Source: a virus
Lineage: Duplodnaviria; Caudoviricetes
Strand: one strand, 5' to 3'
IMG/VR virus record: IMGVR_UViG_3300031922_000051
Location: 1 to 39,233 of that record
Length of the DNA: 39,233 nt
This document shows, in pieces, positions 17,961 to 27,338 of the stretch; position 1 is the stretch's first letter, and every line of letters starts with the position of its first letter. The notes beneath the pieces were generated by a model that saw only the letters and a list, made by a program, of their open reading frames with translations, had not been told where the DNA came from and ran no database searches. Both the position numbers and the translations under genes were made by a program.

Positions 17961-18734
17961 ATGGGATTTGTTTATAACGGTGTTAACTCAAAGGACATGA
18001 AAATAAAAGCACGACTGACAAGCTGGCAGGCATCCCTCGCCCTTAGGAATTCATATGAAATTGTGCCAGGAAAAGCAGGTGTCGCCGATTTTGGATGTGA
18101 CAGTGCAGAACGGATTATTGTTGTTAACTGCAGTATATTCCCACAAAAAAGCTTTGCCGATTTAGTTGGTGTGCTTGATGATTTGGCTGAGTGGTTGAAC
18201 CCCATGAATGGATTAAGGCAGCTTGTGTTGGATGATATTCCTAATCGCTATTTTAATGCTCGTCTTTCTGAGCAGGTGGATTGTGAGAGGATACTAAGAA
18301 CTGCAGGTTCTTTTGATTTAAAGTTTATCTGTCCTGATCCCCATGCTTATGCTTTAACAGACGAGATATTTACGATTTCAAATGAGGGAAGCCATGAGGT
18401 TGAGCGAGTGACCGGAAACGCTGATTCTGAACCTGTATATCAGCTCAGGGGTACTATTAGTAGTTCTGCATCAAATTATATTTCTATTTCAACAAATGGT
18501 GAAGAACTCAGAGTGGTAGGTACATTGACTGCAGATGAAGTTTTAGTTATTGACAGTGGATTGGTGACAGCTAAAATTACCGATTTGGATGGAAATACAC
18601 TGAGAAATGGACTATCTAGTCTGGATGAATTGAACTTTCCTATACTACACAAAGGGGAAAATGAAATAACGGTATCAGTGGTTGGAGCAACCTTTTCTGA
18701 ATTGAGAGTTTTAGCAAAAAGCAGATGGAGGTGA
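17961..18734 (+). CDS. Distal tail protein (Dit)
   Basis: F.YNG.NS start, VPGK.G, F.CPDP.AY, FP.L..GEN.I motifs; follows tape measure. Confidence 0.85.
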   Translation: MGFVYNGVNSKDMKIKARLTSWQASLALRNSYEIVPGKAGVADFGCDSAERIIVVNCSIFPQKSFADLVGVLDDLAEWLNPMNGLRQLVLDDIPNRYFNARLSEQVDCERILRTAGSFDLKFICPDPHAYALTDEIFTISNEGSHEVERVTGNADSEPVYQLRGTISSSASNYISISTNGEELRVVGTLTADEVLVIDSGLVTAKITDLDGNTLRNGLSSLDELNFPILHKGENEITVSVVGATFSELRVLAKSRWR

Positions 18735-18738
18735 TCTG

Positions 18739-21261
18739 GTGGCAATTAAATCAATTTTAACAGCACAGACAGATTTTACAGGTGAGTTTCCAGTCAGTGA
18801 TAAGACAGTTGCTCTGTGGCGGTTTAATGAAGCTACACCAGATGGCAATACAATGCTTTTGGATGCTTCAGGCCACAACAGAAACTTCTTTGTATCGGGG
18901 TGGTCAGGCACATCAGCAAGTTTGGTATCTGGTAGATTGGGAAGGTATTTTAGGCAAAATATTATTAATCCAACAAGTGAAAGAACCCATTTAGTGGCTA
19001 CCAATGACGGTAGCTTTTTTAGTGATTTAGGGGAGAAGATTGTTGTAGGTGGTTGGATAAACCCTACCACTTATTCCATTGGTCAGAACTTTATCCCTAT
19101 TTTCAATACCAGACAAGGCCCTGGTCAGCCGATCTTTTATGTATCCTTATATCAAGGCAGACCACGGCTGATGCTGTATAATGCTTCGGGCACACTGATT
19201 TATGATCAAACAGAAACACCTGCCATCACGCTAAGGAATAACGGTTGGTATTTTATTGCTTCCATCATTGAGGTAAGCAATAAAAGAGTACAGAACTTAC
19301 TTTGTGACCGTAGTGACGGTGCTATTTGGCAATCTCCAGTTCGATCATTTACTGGAGATTTGAATCAAGGTTGTGTTGCAGATATTGTCATGGGGATGCA
19401 TGCCGATACCTACTACAACGCAGGAGGTTTTGATGATTGGCTTTATGAAAAGGATTCAGTTCTTTCAATAGAGGATCTTGTTTCTTATTTTAAATCTTCA
19501 ATACTTGCAAACGGTGGTGACAGTACTGCTGATGTAGATGCTCTAACCGATCCCGGCGCAGTTATGCTTAAAGAAACAAATGGAGCTTTTGCTCCAAGCG
19601 GTCAGCTTTATACCACTGCTACTGCCTGTGGGCTTTCGGGAACAGGTCGGGTATCGGTCACCAGTGAATACACTGCTGGAATTACGGCCATAAGTCTAGT
19701 AGAAACATCCACCTCGGATGATTTAGATAGTTGGACACAGTGGCAGACAGTCGGTGCAAGTGGCGAACTACAATCGCCCAATAGAGCCTATATTCGCTAT
19801 CGCATTACCCTATCAACTCAAGATACCAGCAGAACACCGAGACTTCTGGAGATACAGCTCCATGATATACCAAAGCCGCCTTATGAACGATTAGGGTTTG
19901 CCAGACCGGTTTTACTGGATGAAAGCGGTGCATGGGAAGCGGTATTGGAAAATGCCTTTGACATCTTGGTGACCAGTGAAGTGAATGGGGCTGATATTTT
20001 AGAGTTTAAGTTACCATTTCATGATCCCAAACGAGAAAACCTGGACAATGAAAAGCAAGTACAAATCGTTAATGATGTGTATCGCATTCGGACGGTATCA
20101 GATGAGAAAAACTCCGATGGCAGAGTGGTCACTCAAGTATATGCAGAAGCAGCCTTTTATGATCTTTCATTTAGCACAGCGAAAGAACCCATGGAGTTTA
20201 CTGCAGAGACACCAGAAGTACCAATGGGTTATGCCTTACTGGATACGGGTTGGGTGCTGGGGAATGTTACTGTCAGTACCAGAAGGACATGGGAGTCCAC
20301 GGAAAAGAATGCCCTATCTATCCTTCGAGCCACACAAAACATCCATGGTGGTGACTTGATTTTTGATAGTGCCAATCGTGAGGTGCACCTTCTGACCTTT
20401 AGCGGTATCGATAGTGGAGCACTATTTAGCTACAGAAAAAACATGAAAAGCATACAGCGGGTAGTGGATACAAGAAGTCTTGTTACACGGCTTTATGCCT
20501 ATGGCAAAGAGGGTATGACCTTTGCTTCCATTAATGGCAACAGAGAGTATGTGGAGGATTACAGCTACTCATCGGAAATAAGGGTGGCAACGCTGGATGC
20601 TTCTTCCTTTAGTAACCCCTACCAGATGTTGGAGTTTGCTAATATGCGTCTTGCTCAATATGCAAGACCGAGAGTTTCTTATGTCCTTTCAGCCATGGAC
20701 CTGTCGGTGCTGACAGGCTATGAACATGAAACGTGGAATCTTGGCGATATAGTGACCGTAGATGATAGGGACTTAAATCTGTCTGTAAAAACCCGTGTGG
20801 TACGCAGACAATACAACCTACAAGAACCTTGGAAAACAGTACTGGAATTATCTACAACACTAAGGGAATTGGGGGATTCTTCTGCCCAGTGGGATAAAGC
20901 TGCAGATATTCTTTCCTCTGCTGATGTTCTTGACAGGCAGGAGGTTAAAGATCTAGTGCCCTTTAACCACTTACGCAACTCAAGGGCCGATGATGGCATA
21001 ACCTATTGGCTGAATTCAGGCTTTACCGTTGACCCTAATAATGGGGTATCAGGAGAAGCCTCCTTTAAAGCAGATGGTGTACTGGGGATGACAAAAAGTC
21101 TATCTCAAACGGTCTACCCAGCAAGCCGAAGAAGTTATACATTCTCTGCACAGATTGCATCGGAAAATCTGCAAAAAGGACCAAATGGCCAAGTAGGGAT
21201 TGAAGTTGACATTGAATATGAGGATGGTACAACGGAAACACGACTTATTGATCTATTTTAG
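18739..21261 (+). CDS. Tail protein: N-terminal LamG-like domain, Tal/endopeptidase-tail hub, C-terminal partial CBM-like domain
   Basis: ALWRFNE...DASG (LamG); EVNG...LEF.LP, KNMK.I.R..D...VTRLYAYG, LGD.V.V.D (Tal); NHLRNS...W (CBM-like start). Confidence 0.82.
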   Translation: MAIKSILTAQTDFTGEFPVSDKTVALWRFNEATPDGNTMLLDASGHNRNFFVSGWSGTSASLVSGRLGRYFRQNIINPTSERTHLVATNDGSFFSDLGEKIVVGGWINPTTYSIGQNFIPIFNTRQGPGQPIFYVSLYQGRPRLMLYNASGTLIYDQTETPAITLRNNGWYFIASIIEVSNKRVQNLLCDRSDGAIWQSPVRSFTGDLNQGCVADIVMGMHADTYYNAGGFDDWLYEKDSVLSIEDLVSYFKSSILANGGDSTADVDALTDPGAVMLKETNGAFAPSGQLYTTATACGLSGTGRVSVTSEYTAGITAISLVETSTSDDLDSWTQWQTVGASGELQSPNRAYIRYRITLSTQDTSRTPRLLEIQLHDIPKPPYERLGFARPVLLDESGAWEAVLENAFDILVTSEVNGADILEFKLPFHDPKRENLDNEKQVQIVNDVYRIRTVSDEKNSDGRVVTQVYAEAAFYDLSFSTAKEPMEFTAETPEVPMGYALLDTGWVLGNVTVSTRRTWESTEKNALSILRATQNIHGGDLIFDSANREVHLLTFSGIDSGALFSYRKNMKSIQRVVDTRSLVTRLYAYGKEGMTFASINGNREYVEDYSYSSEIRVATLDASSFSNPYQMLEFANMRLAQYARPRVSYVLSAMDLSVLTGYEHETWNLGDIVTVDDRDLNLSVKTRVVRRQYNLQEPWKTVLELSTTLRELGDSSAQWDKAADILSSADVLDRQEVKDLVPFNHLRNSRADDGITYWLNSGFTVDPNNGVSGEASFKADGVLGMTKSLSQTVYPASRRSYTFSAQIASENLQKGPNGQVGIEVDIEYEDGTTETRLIDLF

Positions 21262-21275
21262 AAAGGGGTGGTGCT

Positions 21276-21470
21276 ATGACATATTTCACAAAGACGGCAC
21301 ATGCGATTTCCCCCAAGAGTTTTAGCAAAACAAAATCCCTGACCATTCGTCTTTTTATTACAGACTGCACTGGAGAGATTTACTTTACAGATATGTTCCT
21401 ACAAGGTGGCACCATTGCTACGGGTTGGGTTGGACACATATCCGAAATTCAGTGGGCGTTAGATGGGTAG
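21276..21470 (+). CDS. Small tail protein resembling the C-terminal half of a CBM-like jelly roll
   Basis: AAGGGGTGG RBS; LTIRL...DCTGEIYFTDMFLQGG..ATGW. Confidence 0.65.
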   Translation: MTYFTKTAHAISPKSFSKTKSLTIRLFITDCTGEIYFTDMFLQGGTIATGWVGHISEIQWALDG

Positions 21471-21650
21471 TCCCAATAGGAAACAAATGGATTTTTGACC
21501 CTAATAATTGTATACTTAAAACAAAGTATTTGGAACTGCAGTATGATTACTGAAGATGATTTTAGAGAGGTTGATAGCATTTTTAATAGGGCATTGGCGG
21601 TCAAGCGCGTAGTATAAATCTTATGCTATCTTATTGATAAGGAGGTGCTT

Positions 21651-22583
21651 ATGATGCACGCATGGGAACAAATACAAAAAACAGTCGATTATATTGAAGA
21701 AAAGGTGTCTGAAGAAATTAAGATTGAAACTCTCGCGAATATGGCGGCTCTTTCACAATTTTACTTTCAGCGCTTATTTAAGCGATTGGTAAAAAGGCCG
21801 GTGAACGAATATATAAAGCTTCGCCGTCTGGCAAGAGCGTCTGAAGTATTGTCGGATAAGAACAAGCGGATTATAGATGTAGCTTTAGATTTTGGATTTT
21901 CTTCGCACGAAACTTTTACACGCTCATTTAAAGATGCGTATGGGATAACTCCGGAGGAATACCGTTCTGCTCCCGTCCGACTCAATCAGATTTCCAAGCC
22001 AGAACTGTTGCTCAATTATACGATAATTGATGAAGATGTACCACTGATTACCGATAGCATTGTTCTGGAAATCACGCGCAGGAAGCTGGATGTGACCGAA
22101 ACTTATGTCGGACTTTCCGCTCAGGTGCCCATATCCCAAGTGCCAGTAGGTGAAACAACTGGCATTGATGTACCCGGTCAGTTATGGGACTCATTCCACA
22201 GTTGCAAAGCGGATATTCCCAATTTGCTAGCGGACGGTATAGAATTAGGCATGTCTATGATGGGTAAAGCAGTGGATGGAACGTTTACTTATTTTGCTGG
22301 TGGCGCAGTGAAACCGAACACATCTGTTAGTGGAGAGTTTATTACATGGGAACTACCTGCAGATGAGTATGTGGTATGCTGTTTTGAAGCGGAGAGTTTT
22401 CCAGAGCTAACTACTTCTGCGTTGGGTAAAGCCATGAATTACCTCTTTGGAACATGGTTGGCAAATCGAGGTCTGACGACACAGCCTTTTTCAGTAGAGA
22501 AATATTATAAGGCCACGCCAGACGTAGCCTATATGGAGATATGGGTTATTCCTGTTCCGATGAAAGATACAGAGATGTCATAA
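21651..22583 (+). CDS. AraC-family regulator with a C-terminal GyrI-like effector domain (moron)
   Basis: DYIEE...LA..A.LS.FYFQRLFK...YI..RRL..A...IIDVALDFGFSSHETFTRSFK..YGITP; Rob/GyrI-like C-terminus; AAGGAGG RBS. Confidence 0.93.
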   Translation: MMHAWEQIQKTVDYIEEKVSEEIKIETLANMAALSQFYFQRLFKRLVKRPVNEYIKLRRLARASEVLSDKNKRIIDVALDFGFSSHETFTRSFKDAYGITPEEYRSAPVRLNQISKPELLLNYTIIDEDVPLITDSIVLEITRRKLDVTETYVGLSAQVPISQVPVGETTGIDVPGQLWDSFHSCKADIPNLLADGIELGMSMMGKAVDGTFTYFAGGAVKPNTSVSGEFITWELPADEYVVCCFEAESFPELTTSALGKAMNYLFGTWLANRGLTTQPFSVEKYYKATPDVAYMEIWVIPVPMKDTEMS

Positions 22584-22607
22584 GAAAAAGACAAATATTC
22601 TATATTC

Positions 22608-22634
22608 AAAAGATCGCTAGAGCGGTCTTTTTTT
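22608..22634 (+). terminator. Intrinsic terminator after the AraC gene
   Basis: AAAAGATCGCT-ag-AGCGGTCTTTT followed by Ts. Confidence 0.75.
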
Positions 22635-22652
22635 GTCTTGGAGGTGATAACG

Positions 22653-23237
22653 ATGGTAACAATCAACTTCATCCGTTTTACGGAGAAACTTAAAATAAAG
22701 GAAGAACTTCGTGTAGTCAGTATCACCGTCCGTCCTCTGATCGCGGATTGCAATGGCACCATCTGGATTACAGACCTGCAAGCGCAGGAAGGAGACCGCT
22801 TAACAGGTTACACAATCAATACAGAAACCATGCTCCAAAAATATCGGGAAGATGGTGCTATTGTTCCTGCTCGATTTTATAATGGGATTGTTCGTAGTAA
22901 TGAGACTATCGTGCTGTTTAATCTTGGTTCAACTTCTGCTGGTTTGGATTGTCACCTCTTTCCGATTCAAAGTATGGCGGAAGGAAGTATCGAGTTATCT
23001 CAAGGTGCTGGGGCGCACAAGGTGAAATTTAAAGAAAGTGCAGACCCAGGTGATGAGTTGTCCCTGTTGGCTTCAACCAGAAAGTGTTTAAAGAATGGCA
23101 ATCCAACGGACAAAGAGGGTTTTTTTCAATACACCGCAGCCAGTGACAGCAAACATATAGTAAAGTTGGAGGATAGAAAATCCGCTCGGGTGTTATTCGA
23201 GTTTCAGGAAATGCAGGAAGGAAGTGAGCGCCCATGA
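22653..23237 (+). CDS. Tail-associated protein; N-terminus resembles 21276..21470
   Basis: GGAGGTG RBS; SITVRPLIADCNGTIWITDLQAQEG...TGY. Confidence 0.7.
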   Translation: MVTINFIRFTEKLKIKEELRVVSITVRPLIADCNGTIWITDLQAQEGDRLTGYTINTETMLQKYREDGAIVPARFYNGIVRSNETIVLFNLGSTSAGLDCHLFPIQSMAEGSIELSQGAGAHKVKFKESADPGDELSLLASTRKCLKNGNPTDKEGFFQYTAASDSKHIVKLEDRKSARVLFEFQEMQEGSERP

Positions 23238-25705
23238 GAGATTATATAAAAGGAAAACGGTGCATGGTTTGGAGTTTCATGGGCAACGCTCGTATGTATC
23301 GAGCCTTACGTGATTATGGTGATCGCTTGGATACGGTAGGGATTTTTACCTTTGAAGTAGATATTACCGGCACAATAACCGAGACAGGTACAAGTATCTC
23401 CAGTATGCTTACCTACATCAATCGCTGGCCCCATATTAAATGGCTACTTACCATCATGAATCATGGTACTGCATCCATTTTTACTGCTCTTAGGAATAAT
23501 ACAAATGGTGCGAAGGATAAATTCCTTACTGAGATTATTCGTATTATGAATAAATATCCTTGGTGTGCTGGAGTGGACATCGACTTGGAACGTGGTGGTG
23601 GCTATGAAAATAAAGATGCGGCCAATGCACTGTTTCGTGATATTTATAATACGGTCAAAGTCTATAATTCAGCTAAGCTCGTGAACATTTGTCTGCCAGG
23701 AATGACTGGTGTGCAAGGCTCAGTAGGTGGAGAAAACTGGTGTGTTTATGAAGATTTAGATCCCTACTGCGATACAGCAGCAATTATGAGTTATGGCATG
23801 GCTTGGGCGGGTTCTGCACCGGGGCCAGTATCCCCTAGGAATTGGCTGGAAGGAATTTATGATTATGCAGTTCGGGTCATGAAACCTGAGAAGGTATTCT
23901 TGGGATTACCTGGCTATGGTTGGAACTGGAGAATTCATGATACACCTGCAAATCTAGGTAATGTTTATCGTGGAATTTCTAACACCTATTATGCCGCACA
24001 GCTTTGGATGACTGGAGGATATAACTTTACAGGGGATGCTCCGCCACAACCTATGATCCCTATAATTGCTTATTGGGACGACTATGATAAGGTGCCTTGG
24101 GCCTTGCCACAAGTATATGATTATATGGAAGGATGGGATGCGATTTCTAGAACTTACCCTTTACTGGGAGAAACCTATAACCGTCGCAGGTATTTGACCT
24201 CCTACAGCAAACAGCAATCCACTGACTTCGGTACAATTTATATAGATCGGGGTGGTGGCACACCTGATAGCTATTCAGGCAGTGTGTCTGTTTCTTCTCA
24301 AATGGTTACCCTTGGAGAAGAAGGTGAAGCGGAATATGAATTTGAAATCTCCTCTGCTGGAGTTTATGATGTGGCCATTCGTATCTCTTTTCCCTTTTGG
24401 GATAGGAATAGTATTCATGTTGCATTGGACGGAGCAAACACTGCCTTTAACGAAAACAGGTTGTGGTGGCCATATTGGCGGACGACTTGTTGGCTTACTT
24501 TGGCTTCTGATGTATTCCTTTCAGCGGGGGCCCATACAGCCAGCATCAGTGTTGGTGTGCCGGGAGTCCAATTTTATGGGTTCCGTGTTTGCTCGAATTT
24601 CGCCCAGTCACCTTCTGCAGGACAAGCAGAATTTACGCTATCCCCTAGAAAATTTAAGGATGTGAATGGGGTGATGGCAGAGCCGGATCGAGGGTTCAAA
24701 TTAACCACTGAAGTATTGCGTAGAAGACCAGACTCTGCATTAGCATGGTATGAGGACTTTCGTGACGATATCCCGATACCATCTAGTTACTGGACAACAC
24801 TAAGTGGTCAGTGGCAGGTATGGCAAAACCCCGATGATACAGCCAGTCGTCCCTACTCACAGCTTGATGGGCATGGAGAGCTTGCATGGAATTATAATAG
24901 TTTTTCAGATGTCCATTTACGGGCAAGACTAGCCTTTACCCCAGAAGGTAGCGGTCGTGCAGGAGCCTTTTGTGGCAGTGTTTTTTGCTGTTTCAATTTC
25001 AACACCCAGCGTATTGAGCTATATCATGGTTCTTCCCTATTGGGAAGTTACGTTACTGAGATTTCTAAAACATCAGAGGCTGAACTGCGATCCAATCCAA
25101 GGATGTACACTATAGAGATGCGGATTCGTGGGAATTCTATAAGGGTGTATTCAGGAGCAAGCAATACTTTACGCTTTACAGCAAATATCAGTGGCTTCAC
25201 AGGCGGTTATGCCGGAGTCCGATCTGATGGGCGAATTCTATGCGAATTGTTAAGACTTGGTGATGCTTGGACCTATGAGCCTTATGAAAGATTTGATGTA
25301 ACCTTCCCAGATGGAACTACTACGGAATATGGCAGATTAGCAAGAACTGGTGTGACATGGGACAGTGAGTTTCAGGTTTTTACGGTAAACAGTGATGTAG
25401 AGGAAGCATCCACACGAAGTCAGGACATATCTATGGATTATGATTTCTTTCATTCCGAGTTGCTTCCATTAACCTGTGGAAATGATTATGCAGTAAAAGT
25501 CGTGCCTAAGGATATCAACGTTTGGATCTCTCGCCTATTTCTCGGAGATGCTGACGGGTTTTCTATTCTTTATTATCAGGATGTGGATAGCCTTGTCTAT
25601 TGGGCAAATGAAGCGGCATATCGATGGAAACTACGGGGGATTGCCATATGGTCGCTGGGTCAAGAGGATATGCGGTTATGGGAAGCTTTGCCTAAACAAA
25701 TATAG
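23234..25705 (+). CDS. Glycoside hydrolase family 18 protein with a large beta-domain insertion
   Basis: GVDIDLE (DxDxE), IMSY, PGPVSP..W, KVFLGLPGYG; last barrel strand LRGIAIWSLGQED at the extreme C-terminus. Confidence 0.9.
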   Translation: MRDYIKGKRCMVWSFMGNARMYRALRDYGDRLDTVGIFTFEVDITGTITETGTSISSMLTYINRWPHIKWLLTIMNHGTASIFTALRNNTNGAKDKFLTEIIRIMNKYPWCAGVDIDLERGGGYENKDAANALFRDIYNTVKVYNSAKLVNICLPGMTGVQGSVGGENWCVYEDLDPYCDTAAIMSYGMAWAGSAPGPVSPRNWLEGIYDYAVRVMKPEKVFLGLPGYGWNWRIHDTPANLGNVYRGISNTYYAAQLWMTGGYNFTGDAPPQPMIPIIAYWDDYDKVPWALPQVYDYMEGWDAISRTYPLLGETYNRRRYLTSYSKQQSTDFGTIYIDRGGGTPDSYSGSVSVSSQMVTLGEEGEAEYEFEISSAGVYDVAIRISFPFWDRNSIHVALDGANTAFNENRLWWPYWRTTCWLTLASDVFLSAGAHTASISVGVPGVQFYGFRVCSNFAQSPSAGQAEFTLSPRKFKDVNGVMAEPDRGFKLTTEVLRRRPDSALAWYEDFRDDIPIPSSYWTTLSGQWQVWQNPDDTASRPYSQLDGHGELAWNYNSFSDVHLRARLAFTPEGSGRAGAFCGSVFCCFNFNTQRIELYHGSSLLGSYVTEISKTSEAELRSNPRMYTIEMRIRGNSIRVYSGASNTLRFTANISGFTGGYAGVRSDGRILCELLRLGDAWTYEPYERFDVTFPDGTTTEYGRLARTGVTWDSEFQVFTVNSDVEEASTRSQDISMDYDFFHSELLPLTCGNDYAVKVVPKDINVWISRLFLGDADGFSILYYQDVDSLVYWANEAAYRWKLRGIAIWSLGQEDMRLWEALPKQI

Positions 25706-25720
25706 AAAAAAACAACAATT

Positions 25721-25756
25721 CAGGAGTGTTTGCAAATATAGCAGGCACTCCTTTTT
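25721..25756 (+). terminator. Intrinsic terminator before the lysis genes
   Basis: AGGAGTGTTTGC-aaatata-GCAGGCACTCCT followed by TTTT. Confidence 0.75.
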
Positions 25757-25789
25757 ATATACTCACAAATCAAGAAGGAGGTAAAAATC

Positions 25790-26197
25790 ATGAAGGAAAT
25801 TTGGATCTGGATACAAGTTGCTCTTACTGCTATTGGGGGATTCTTTGGTTGGTTTCTAGGAGGTTTTGACGGATTTTTATATGCATTGGTTGCACTGATG
25901 GTAGCCGATTATATCACGGGAGTTATGTGTGCCATTGTCGATAAGAAGCTATCTAGTGAAATCGGATTTAAGGGCATCTTCAAGAAGGTGCTTATCTTTG
26001 TTATGGTGGGAATTGGTCATATCATCGACACAAATCTTATCGGGGATGGAAGTGTCCTTAGGACGGCAATTATCTTTTTCTATTGCTCCAACGAGGGGGT
26101 TTCCATGCTTGAAAATGCAGGCCGTCTAGGACTTCCAATACCAGAGAAATTGAAGGATATCTTAGCACAGCTACACAACAAAGGAGGAAATGAATAA
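25790..26197 (+). CDS. Holin (toxin secretion/phage lysis family)
   Basis: GG.DG.L..L....DYITG...SS.IGFKGI.KK...NEG.S.LEN...GLP.P motif; hydrophobic helices. Confidence 0.93.
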   Translation: MKEIWIWIQVALTAIGGFFGWFLGGFDGFLYALVALMVADYITGVMCAIVDKKLSSEIGFKGIFKKVLIFVMVGIGHIIDTNLIGDGSVLRTAIIFFYCSNEGVSMLENAGRLGLPIPEKLKDILAQLHNKGGNE

Positions 26198-26898
26198 TGA
26201 ATTTAAGGAAACTTATTTTTACAAACAATGCTTGTTATAAGGCGGGCAGAAAGATAACACCAAAAGGCATTATGGTTCATAGTACCGGTGCAAATAATCC
26301 TAATCTTAGAAGGTATGTCGGACCGGATGATGGCCTATTAGGGGTAAACCAGTACAACAATCACTGGAATCAAGATAGGCCAGATGGTCGGCAAGTTTGT
26401 ACCCATGCCTTTATTGGCAAGCTGAAAGATGGTTCTATAGCTACTTATCAAACCCTGCCGTGGGATCATAGAGGCTGGCATGCTGGTGGCAGTGCAAATG
26501 ATACTCACATTGGTTTTGAAATCTGCGAGGACGGTTTGACCGACACCTCGTATTTTAATGCGGTCTACAAAGAAGCGGTAGAGCTGTGTGTTCATCTTTG
26601 CAAACTATATAAGCTGACCGAAAAAGATATCATTGGTCACTATGAAGGGCATCAAAGAGGAATTGCATCGAATCATGCTGACCCTAGACATTGGTTTTCA
26701 AGACACGGTAAAAGCATGGATACCTTCCGAGCAGATGTGAGAAAGCTTCTGAGCGAAGGGGTTAAACCAGCAGACCCAGAGAAAAAGAAATACTACCGAG
26801 TACAAATCGGTGCCTATTCCGTTAAAGCCAACGCTGAAGCACAGCTTGCCAGAGCAAAAAAGGCAGGCTTTTCTGATGCCTTTATAAAATATGATTAA
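26197..26898 (+). CDS. N-acetylmuramoyl-L-alanine amidase (Amidase_2) with a C-terminal SPOR domain
   Basis: IMVHST, WHAG, IGFEICE, IIGH, H.DP; YRVQIGAYS.K.NA.......KKAGF.DAFI. Confidence 0.93.
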   Translation: MNLRKLIFTNNACYKAGRKITPKGIMVHSTGANNPNLRRYVGPDDGLLGVNQYNNHWNQDRPDGRQVCTHAFIGKLKDGSIATYQTLPWDHRGWHAGGSANDTHIGFEICEDGLTDTSYFNAVYKEAVELCVHLCKLYKLTEKDIIGHYEGHQRGIASNHADPRHWFSRHGKSMDTFRADVRKLLSEGVKPADPEKKKYYRVQIGAYSVKANAEAQLARAKKAGFSDAFIKYD

Positions 26899-27059
26899 TC
26901 TAACTAAAAGCATAATTCTATGTCGGAGGAACTAATTAATGAAAAAAAGATGAGAAAGTTTTTTATAGGGTGATGGTAGATTCTTATGCAGTCAGAGATT
27001 ATGCTGAAAACAAGTGTAGAGGTTAAAGGAAAAAAGCTATAATAAAAGGCAGGTATTAC

Positions 27060-27091
27060 TTGCAAAATAAGGCTTTCAGAGGTAATATGTA
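27060..27091 (+). promoter_or_regulatory. Promoter of the SymE-like transcript (variant of motif A)
   Basis: TTGCAA-N17-TAATAT; contains TTTCAGAGGTAATATGTA. Confidence 0.6.
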
Positions 27092-27108
27092 CGAAGGAAA
27101 TTGAATAA

Positions 27109-27205
27109 GGTCGTCATGTCTTTCAGGTGCTACCAACACCTAAAAGCCAATGCAGGTAAGCAATCTACCTAACACAGACAGCATAATGCTGTCACAGCGA
27201 CCATG
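27109..27205 (-). ncRNA. Candidate antisense (SymR-like) antitoxin RNA / structured leader
   Basis: Minus-strand TTGTGT-N17-TATAAT at 27239-27211 points into a region with three hairpins closed by GGTCG/CGACC. Confidence 0.5.
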
Positions 27206-27338
27206 TATGTATTATACTTTATTATGTTATTACACACAATGATAATGATACATAAGGCGCAGTGTAGGGTTATAATCAATTCTGCAGTGCGCCTTATTTA
27301 TTTCCTTTCAAAAATGTCTTTGAAAGGAGTTTTGTATT

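Noticed and set aside
21253-21278. +1 frameshift or readthrough at TTT TAG fusing Tal to the next gene
   Set aside because: Readthrough meets TGA within a few codons, the +1 frame is not that of the next gene, and the next gene has its own RBS.
21495-21516. TTGACC...TATACT as the AraC promoter
   Set aside because: The spacer is only 10 nt; the -10 may be real but this -35 pairing is not.
18739-25705. Diversity-generating retroelement or invertible shufflon acting on tail genes
   Set aside because: No reverse transcriptase, no near-identical TR/VR pair and no inverted cassettes seen; the 21276/22653 similarity is evident only at protein level.
26921-27045. GGAGG followed by ATG AAA AAA AGA TGA and other tiny ORFs after the lysin
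   Set aside because: Too short and without recognisable similarity; at most a decayed gene start.
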